A stretch of DNA of 64,000 bases from a virus. Taxonomy: Duplodnaviria; Caudoviricetes. Shown piece by piece: positions 57,033 through 64,000 of this stretch (within the stretch, counting starts at the first letter, position 1; each line of letters opens with the position of its first letter). Where the stretch lies: IMG/VR virus record IMGVR_UViG_3300021399_000106, positions 64,001-128,000 of that record, one strand, 5' to 3'. A program made the position numbers and the translations under genes. The notes under the pieces were generated by a model. That model searched no databases and was not told the origin of the DNA. It was given only the letters and a program-made list of their open reading frames with translations.

Positions 57033-57308
57033 CTATTTATCCCCAAAAATTTCTAAGAAAGGATATGCTTGTAAATCAATTCTTGAGGTAGTATATAACA
57101 TTTCTGACTTAATTATACTAATTTCACCTTGATAAATTTCAGAAGGATATAAATATTTAAATATTTGTTTATCCATATCAGAAATAACATCTGTATCTTC
57201 TGTCATAAAAACTATTATATGTTCTTCAATATCCTTAATAGCATCAAAATATGTAATTAAATAAACTATTACCTTTTCTAAATCATTATTTTGCATATTA
57301 ATCACCAT
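57033..57308 (-). CDS. Hypothetical protein
   Basis: ORF within an operon. Confidence 0.5.
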   Translation of the reverse strand: MVINMQNNDLEKVIVYLITYFDAIKDIEEHIIVFMTEDTDVISDMDKQIFKYLYPSEIYQGEISIIKSEMLYTTSRIDLQAYPFLEIFGDK

Positions 57309-57312
57309 TATT

Positions 57313-57738
57313 TTAAAAAACTGTTAAATCTATTCGGTTAAAGGTATAATTAGTTACCACAAGATTACCATTTTCATCAGCAACTAAATCTCCGTTACCT
57401 CTCAATACAGGACGAATTTTAACACCTTTATCTATAAGTGACTTAACTACTAGTCCTTCACCAAAATCTAGAATATCTAGGTCTGCAATTAAATTGCAAT
57501 TTTCAATATATAAATTAGTTATACAATGAGACACTTTAATAGGATTAACTAGGTCTTCATCATAGTTTGGCATAAACATACCAAACATTTGATGTGTGTC
57601 TAATTGTTCTTTAACCAATGGGTCATTTAAAATTTTATCTTTTACTAATTCTGTGGTATAAATTCTACCATTTTTATTTGGTTTATCCAATACCTCTACA
57701 ATTTGTCATTTTAAAGTTGTTGCTATATGTTCAGGCAT
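57313..57738 (-). CDS. T4 gp21-like prohead-protease homologue, probably inactive
   Basis: ATG 57738, one TGA. PNKNGRIY, VSHCI, LDILD..G and RG.G are present; the catalytic His and Ser positions look substituted. Confidence 0.65.
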
Positions 57739-58127
57739 TATGAATTCACCTGTTCAGTGGGTTTTTCGTCTTTTGTTTCAACTTTATCATTTTCATCTTT
57801 TTGTTCTATATCTGTTTTATTTTTCTTAACTTTTAAAATCTCTTTAGCATTTTCATCTACATATTTTTTAAATTGAGTTTTAGAACCAAATAATTGATAT
57901 GCTATTGCTAAAGCTGCACCAACATACTTATCAAATTCATCATCTTTAGAAGTTTTAGCCATTGTTACCGTTTTAAAGTCACCATGATGATGATATCCGG
58001 CGTTATTAGCAATTGCCGTAACAATTCCTTCTTCTTCATTAATAACTAGTTGTTTAATTTCCTTTTTTACATCCTTCTTTACTACATCAGTATTTGTAGG
58101 ATCTATTTTTTCTACTAAATATCTCAT
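57738..58127 (-). CDS. Hypothetical protein (may start upstream at 58349)
   Basis: DEFDKYVGAALA motif; the frame stays open upstream. Confidence 0.6.
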   Translation of the reverse strand: MRYLVEKIDPTNTDVVKKDVKKEIKQLVINEEEGIVTAIANNAGYHHHGDFKTVTMAKTSKDDEFDKYVGAALAIAYQLFGSKTQFKKYVDENAKEILKVKKNKTDIEQKDENDKVETKDEKPTEQVNS

Positions 58128-58382
58128 TTTTTCTTCATTCTCCTTTTCTTCTTCATTCTTATAATATTCACAATATATTTTTGCATCACTTGGTAAATAA
58201 TAAGCATATAGTTCTTTCCTAGGTAATGGACCATAATCAATACCTTTAAATAATTCATCAATATCAATATCATTTAAACCATTATCTTTTAATTTTTGTT
58301 TTAAATAATATTCTTCTTCCGCTTTTTTAACTGCCTCAGTTGCTGTCGTAATAGAATCTTCCTTTCATTGTTTACATTTTAA

Positions 58383-58640
58383 TTATACATTGTTATTTTC
58401 TGTATTTTTAGTTTTTTTACAAGTCTTAATAAAATATATTATAGGAAATTGTAAGTTAACTAAAACCAAAATTAAATTAAGAAATGCAGTAGGATAAGTT
58501 CTAGTCATAAAACCATAAGTCATACAACATAAACTACCTAACAAATTAACTAATCTTAGCCATCGTAATTTTTTAAATAAGAAGGATATAATAACTAATC
58601 CCATTCCTGCATATCCAATTAACTCTATTCATCAGGTCAT
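58383..58640 (-). CDS. Small membrane protein (YgjV-like)
   Basis: GAGGTG RBS, ATG ACC TGA TGA (MTWW); IGY..LRWLRLVNLLG..YG...N. Confidence 0.7.
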
Positions 58641-58696
58641 ATAATCACCTCTTATATGTTAATATATACATTATATAAATAAAAAAAATAAGGAAA

Positions 58697-59071
58697 TTAA
58701 TCCTTATTTCTTAAATATTCTGTTAGTAAATTAAATAATTGTTCATCAATTATATAATAATTTTCTTCATCAGGACCGAAATTAATTGCAACTGCACTAT
58801 ATTCTTTATTCATAAATATTGCTTCATCTCTGTTTTTTTCAATCCATTCTTTATGAACTGTTATTGAATCACATGATTTTGTTTTTGTTTTACATTCTAT
58901 TAAAAACAAATCATTCATAACGTCACCTTTTTGGAACATTGTTGCTCCGCTGTTAGCAGTTTGTTTTCCTGAAACAGCTTCTGCAACTGACTTTTCTTGT
59001 TTTGACGAATAATATCTTGTAGGCTTTGTAGTTTCTTTTCCTGTAACGTATTTAGCGAATTTTCCTGCCAT
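58697..59071 (-). CDS. PD-(D/E)xK Holliday-junction-resolvase-like nuclease
   Basis: QE..VA, NSGA, KGDV, IECK. Confidence 0.75.
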   Translation of the reverse strand: MAGKFAKYVTGKETTKPTRYYSSKQEKSVAEAVSGKQTANSGATMFQKGDVMNDLFLIECKTKTKSCDSITVHKEWIEKNRDEAIFMNKEYSAVAINFGPDEENYYIIDEQLFNLLTEYLRNKD

Positions 59072-60354
59072 TATTCTTCATCTTCTCTATCTGCTAGTTG
59101 AATTCTTTCTGCTTTATTAATTTCTTCAGCTTCCTTAAGAGTTAAGGTTACACCCTCATCTTCTTTCTGAATTGCAGCAGCTGTTTCTGCATCTAATAAG
59201 TTTCCTGAATATTGTCCTGAAGATGCAAGTTGAGCATTTAATTCTAATGTATACTTCTCTGTAAATTCCTTATTAGCTTTAAAGTAAGCATATAAATCAG
59301 CTTTTTTACCTCTTAACTCTTTACCATCTGGAGTTTTTAGGATTTCCTTTGTTTTAGGATCTAATATTTCATATGTAATATTATTAAGTCTATTAATTAT
59401 TCCAAACTTAGTAGCGATATTAAACATATCAGTAGTTACATCCATATAAGCTTGTTTACCAGTTTCATCAAACATGTATGTTATAAATCCTCCACCTCTA
59501 GTAGTTGGAGCTGTTTTATTTTTTAAGAAACTAAATGAAATTCTATAACCTGATGCTCCTTGACCTGTTGTAGCATTCTTTTCTTGACCAACTTTATTTG
59601 AATTTTCTAATTCTTTACCGTTTGCATCTAGGAATTTTCTTCTTCCAAATCTAATTCTTACACTTGCATAGAATTTAATTGCATCTCCACAAGGTTCATC
59701 TAAAATATCTGCACCTGTATAAGTTTGACCTTTTACTCTTGTTTGATTAATAAATGCTAAATCAATATCATTAGCTTTAAGTGTAGGAATAATTTCACGC
59801 TGTCACTTATATAGGAATTTAGCAAGAGTTCCTCTCATACCGTTATCCTTCTCAAATTCATTTTCATAATCAATAGATGGAACTAAAGCAGGAACGGAAT
59901 CAATAATAATTAAAGATAAGTCGCTAATATTATTAGCCATATCAAGTAAAGTTCCTAAAATTAGTTCTCCTGATTCACCTACATCTGGATTGTAGATATA
60001 TAATTTTTCAGGATCAAAACCATTAGCTTTAGATTGATATTCAACATCATAAGTATTTTCTGCATCTACATATAAAACGGATTTATCTGGATAATTTCTT
60101 AAATAATCTGCAATAATTGCACTCATTCCAGATGTTTTACCACTTGAGTTTAAACCTGAAATTTCAATAATTCTACCTCCATGAGGCAATCCTCCTCATG
60201 TTGGATATGCAATACCAGGACATAAACTATTAACTCTAACATATTGTGGAATTAAGCTAGATTTTCTTAAAATATTATCATTTTTTCTTGTCTTTGCAAA
60301 TGCTTTTGCATAATCTGCAAAGGTCATTTTTGTATTCTTTTCTTTTTCTGCCAT
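59071..60354 (-). CDS. recA: RecA/UvsX recombinase
   Basis: Joined across TGA at 60196 and 59803. GLNSSGKT, YVDAE, IIIDSVPAL, FINQTR, GDAIKFYASVR, KNKTAP. Confidence 0.93.
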
Positions 60355-60366
60355 GATTATTCCTTT

Positions 60367-60909
60367 CTATTCTGTTATATCATTATTAGTTGATTCATAA
60401 TCTGTATTATTACCACTATTTTCATAGTTATCTGTTAACTTTTTATCACTTGCTCTTGAAATTAAAATACTTTTTAATGTATCAACAATTCTATGAGCTT
60501 CATCTAATTTTGTTTTAATTTGACTTGCAACTAATTTATATAACTTACTTACAACTTTTTCTTTATTAACAGCTAATAAAGCTATATTTTTTCTTTGTTC
60601 ATTATTTCCTTCAGCTGTATTCCAAGCATTAGCTTGTGCTTCATCTTGAACAATTTCTGCAATTTCAGCTGCAATGTTTGTTTTATCTTTTAATTCACCT
60701 AAATCATATGCTAATAATGATAATTTTAATTCAATTCTTCTAATATCTTCATTAGTTAAATTATTAATATCATTTTTAACTTGTTTAACTAGTATATCAA
60801 TAGATGATGTATACTCTTTAACTATATCTTTTGCTAATGAATTCATATCATCATATATATCATAAACTGTATTCATTGCTTCAATTATATGTTCTTTTAG
60901 AATAGCCAT
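60367..60909 (-). CDS. Hypothetical coiled-coil protein upstream of recA
   Basis: AAGGAG RBS with a TTGTATA motif upstream. Confidence 0.6.
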   Translation of the reverse strand: MAILKEHIIEAMNTVYDIYDDMNSLAKDIVKEYTSSIDILVKQVKNDINNLTNEDIRRIELKLSLLAYDLGELKDKTNIAAEIAEIVQDEAQANAWNTAEGNNEQRKNIALLAVNKEKVVSKLYKLVASQIKTKLDEAHRIVDTLKSILISRASDKKLTDNYENSGNNTDYESTNNDITE

Positions 60910-60957
60910 ATTTAATATCTCCTTACTTTAATATTTAACACTAAATATACAATTCTT

Positions 60958-61419
60958 TTAACTGAGAAAATATTCTCTAAAATCAGATTCCATATAAACT
61001 CTCTTTTTTACAGAAGGTACTTCAACTAAATCATATTTACCAATATGTCTTAATCCAATAGATTTTTCACCATCATTATACATTTTCTCTGCAACTTTGA
61101 TAGGAACTCAATAAATCTTATCTTTTTCATAGAATCATATAAGTATTCCTGGATAAACATCCTTATCATCCTTATATTCCAACAATCTTTCATATTGTGG
61201 AATATCTGTAAAGCTTATTGAGGCTCCTGAATGAGATTTACATTCTATCATAAATAACTTGTTATTCCCTGGAAATGCTAGGAAATCGCAAGGATTTTGG
61301 CTTGTTTCCTTAAAACCATTCATTTGATCTTTTAATCTGAATAATCAGGTTCCAGGAAAACATCTTTTTCAATTTTCTTTAAAATGGTCTTCAAAATTCT
61401 TTCCAAAATTACTAGCCAT
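60958..61419 (-). CDS. RecU-like PD-(D/E)xK nuclease
   Basis: GKNFE, RLKD, PCDF, IECKS, Q; four TGA and no TGG. Confidence 0.75.
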
Positions 61420-61901
61420 TATTGAACCATCTCTTCCTTATCATCTGAATTAGTTTCATCTTCCATATTTTCTTTTTCCATAGAGTTAAGGTATTTAACA
61501 ATTTCCTCTGTCATTAAATCTTTCATATATTTTTTACTTTCAACATATGCATATTCTTCAGGTAATTCAAAGGAACATTGTAAAGGTTTACAGCCACAGA
61601 ACATTCTTAATATAGCAGTTAATTCTGATTTAGTATACCACATAACTTGAATTCAAAATGACTTCTTATCCTCTTCTTTTAAAACACTATTAAAATAAGT
61701 TACTCAATATTTTGAAAAATCTTCTTCCTTAATTCCTTTAAAGAAGCATCAACTTTCAAAATGTTGCTTATATTTAAAATATAATAGTTTATTTATATAT
61801 TCTTGGGCTTCATTTGCAGTAGATGTTATACAAAGCATTATATCGGGATTAGCAGAACCTTTAACGCAAAAGAATTTAAATTTTTTCTTTCTTCCAAACA
61901 T
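61419..61901 (-). CDS. Hypothetical protein
   Basis: Extended upstream through three TGA to ATG 61901. Confidence 0.6.
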
Positions 61902-62128
61902 TATTTCTTACCTTGTTTATCATTTTCTTGTTGAATCAATGCTGCCAACATATTTCCATGATTAACTATCCTTTTATAAAAATCTCTTGTTACATTTAAC
62001 TTTGCATCATAATAGCCAACTATTCTTTGATAAAAATCTCTACCTATTTGATCTCCAGTTACTGTATCTGTATCCACTCACCCTATAATTCTTTGATAAA
62101 AATCCCTTACAGGTTTTCTTTCCATCAT
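61901..62128 (-). CDS. Small protein with three RDFY(Q/K)RI repeats (absent from the ORF track)
   Basis: GAGGAG RBS; one TGA. Confidence 0.7.
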
Positions 62129-62130
62129 AG

Positions 62131-62505
62131 TTAGTATAACTCCTCTCCATAATCTTGTAAATAATCTCTAAGATTTACAAATTGATTTATTGCATCATCA
62201 ATTGGAATTAGCTCAGCTCTTGTTATTTTCTTCTTAAAGTCATTTAAATATTGGCTAACGTCTTTTATTATCTTTATTTCGTTAAATGCCATTGTTTTTC
62301 TTTCTTGATTAAATGTTTTTGGTAACAATTCTACATCTGGAATTCTAGGACCAGAAGTTGCTATTGTAGTTGTTCCTAATAATGTTCTAGCAACATAATA
62401 TCAAAACATGCCATCATCATTACTAGCTTCAATAGCAAATTCACCTATATTATCCACATCTAGTTCTCCTAGAAAAGTAGCTTCTCCATTATAATTAATT
62501 ATCAT
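62131..62505 (-). CDS. Hypothetical protein
   Basis: ATG 62505, one TGA, in frame with the track ORF. Confidence 0.6.
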
Positions 62506-63205
62506 TTGATTTATCCTTAGGAATTATGCCTTTCTTTTCATCAAATTCATATTCAACTACTTTTCCTTCACCGTCAACTGGCTTAATTGTTCCATTTAAT
62601 AATCCAATATTGAAATCAATAGTATCATTAATTTGTTTTAAATCAGGATTTGCATTAATTTCTTCAAATAATTTTTCTTTTCTTGTTTTTAAAGAATCTA
62701 GATACATTTGTAATACTTGTGTTTTTTCTTCATCTGTAGCCTTATCGAATGCTGGTATAACTTCTAAACCATAATCATCTAGTTGAATACCATCAAGCAT
62801 TTCAGTCATTTGTTGAATAACTTCTGCATAAGGTCCTTTATATGATTCTGAATTAATATGTCCATCATATGTTTGATAAGCTAAATGAACCTCATTTGCT
62901 CTAGGAATAATATAATCCTTTTTACCAACACTTATATTTCTTTCTCTACTTAAATGTTGTTCTTTAGATTTACTAACAACCATTGGATTTAAAAATTCCT
63001 TGTAATTATTTGAATTTGTTTTAACTACAAATAATCTTAAATTTTTACCAATTTGTGGAGCACATAAACAAACAACATCTTTTTGTTTTCTTAATTCGGT
63101 CTTTAATAAATTAATAGCTTCCTTAACATCTTTTAATGCAACTTTTCCAGTTATTTCATCTGTTCTTTCAAGTTTTAAATTTTCCTTAATTAAACTACCT
63201 TCCAT
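62495..63205 (-). CDS. Peptide-deformylase homologue lacking its metal ligands
   Basis: LCAPQIG..LRLF, FLNP and LDG are retained; EGCLS is replaced by ERNIS and QHEXDH by QQMTEM. Confidence 0.75.
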   Translation of the reverse strand: MEGSLIKENLKLERTDEITGKVALKDVKEAINLLKTELRKQKDVVCLCAPQIGKNLRLFVVKTNSNNYKEFLNPMVVSKSKEQHLSRERNISVGKKDYIIPRANEVHLAYQTYDGHINSESYKGPYAEVIQQMTEMLDGIQLDDYGLEVIPAFDKATDEEKTQVLQMYLDSLKTRKEKLFEEINANPDLKQINDTIDFNIGLLNGTIKPVDGEGKVVEYEFDEKKGIIPKDKSNDN

Positions 63206-63495
63206 TAATTCTTATCTCCTTCTAAATAATTATCAAATTCTTTTGGTATTTCAACCAATTCAGGTTCTTTTTTCTTTTTACTTCTAGAACTTGGTGCATT
63301 TAATTTATCCATAAATATTCTAGCTGTATCATAAACCAACTGAGCTCTTTCAAAATCTGCTAAAGCATTTTGTGCTTGTTCAGCGGTCATTTCACCTTTA
63401 TTATAATATTCTGTAACATCTTCCAATATTTCTTTAATTTCAAAATATTGTGTTTCAATATCCTTAAAATAATGCTTAGCATCTACTTTTGACAT
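63205..63495 (-). CDS. Hypothetical protein
   Basis: GAAAGG RBS before MSKVDAK. Confidence 0.55.
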   Translation of the reverse strand: MSKVDAKHYFKDIETQYFEIKEILEDVTEYYNKGEMTAEQAQNALADFERAQLVYDTARIFMDKLNAPSSRSKKKKEPELVEIPKEFDNYLEGDKN

Positions 63496-63592
63496 ATTAA
63501 TATTCCTTTCATAGTTATATTTATTATAATAAATATACAATTTTTTTATACAAAGAAAAGAGGATGTTTCCATCCTCATAAATACCTATATA

Positions 63593-64000
63593 TTAATCCC
63601 AACTAATTATGATATTACAAGTACCTTCATCTACTTGTTTACATTCTACTTCATATCCTAATATAGTTAGTTCATGAAGTAATTCATTCTTAAAAGTTTC
63701 ATTTAAATAATTACCAGTATATACTACTTTAGTTTCACCTTCTAAGGATGCCTCATTAATCCACTTATATAGACGTTTCTTTATTGCTATACCACTCTTG
63801 GATTGTAATGAAGCCTTTGATGCTAATACCACATAGGAGTTATTTTTTAATATCTTTTCCTTTTCAATATGGTCATCTAAAAATTTATCATATTCAGGTG
63901 ATTTAAACCATTCATCCGCAGTGAATTCTTTTCCATTATGCTTGATTTTATAAAGTCTTTTTCCTTGTTCTTCTAATTCTTTTTGTTTCTCTTCTACTTC
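63593..64000 (-). CDS. Hypothetical protein (5' end outside the window)
   Basis: The frame stays open to the window edge; ends IISWD. Confidence 0.6.
   Translation of the reverse strand, partial: EVEEKQKELEEQGKRLYKIKHNGKEFTADEWFKSPEYDKFLDDHIEKEKILKNNSYVVLASKASLQSKSGIAIKKRLYKWINEASLEGETKVVYTGNYLNETFKNELLHELTILGYEVECKQVDEGTCNIIISWD

Noticed and set aside
1319-61419. Apparent mass pseudogenisation or split genes (polA, nrdD, dnaX, recA, BspA and others)
   Set aside because: All breaks are in-frame TGA with no frameshifts, and many fall at conserved Trp positions.
494-62774. Short antisense or overlapping ORFs in the track (e.g. 494-712, 1291-1545, 13786-14088, 42793-43122, 52219-52461, 62526-62774)
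   Set aside because: They lie opposite or inside well-supported genes and lack RBSs and recognisable motifs.
1-64000. CRISPR array, tRNA or rRNA genes
   Set aside because: After recoding, the intergenic gaps are short and explained by terminators and promoters; I saw no spaced repeats or cloverleaf signatures by eye.

Overview
Segment of a large, very AT-rich tailed-phage genome, probably from a low-GC Firmicutes/Bacilli-type host (AGGAG/GAGGTG Shine-Dalgarno sites). It reads TGA as tryptophan (translation table 4), so the supplied ORF track is fragmented at in-frame TGA codons; I rebuilt the genes by hand. The + strand (1-41432) carries: primase, gp32-like SSB, family-A DNA polymerase, PhoH, NADAR, dUTPase; a complete 7-deazaguanine DNA-modification pathway (queD, queE, queF, queC, folE, dpdA-like transglycosylase, plus a Gpt-like PRTase); sliding clamp, SNF2 helicase, nrdDG, RNA ligase; a sugar/polyol-phosphate transferase cluster; and tail-associated genes including a ~2013-aa BspA-type LRR protein. 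The - strand (41563-64000) carries a DnaX/HolA/HolB clamp loader, HD and MazG-like enzymes, a CCA-adding enzyme, a radical SAM enzyme near four paralogues sharing an N-terminal RxxxFETNSSSxHS motif, RecA and two resolvase-like nucleases. Most notable: (1) a preQ1-I riboswitch-like element over the RBS of phage queF; (2) the FETNSSS paralogue array with a radical SAM enzyme; (3) an identical 13-aa C-terminal tag on two unrelated transferases; (4) strongly bimodal per-gene TGA versus TGG usage that partly tracks two promoter motifs. No tRNA, rRNA or CRISPR array was seen. All family assignments come from recognising motifs, not from database searches.
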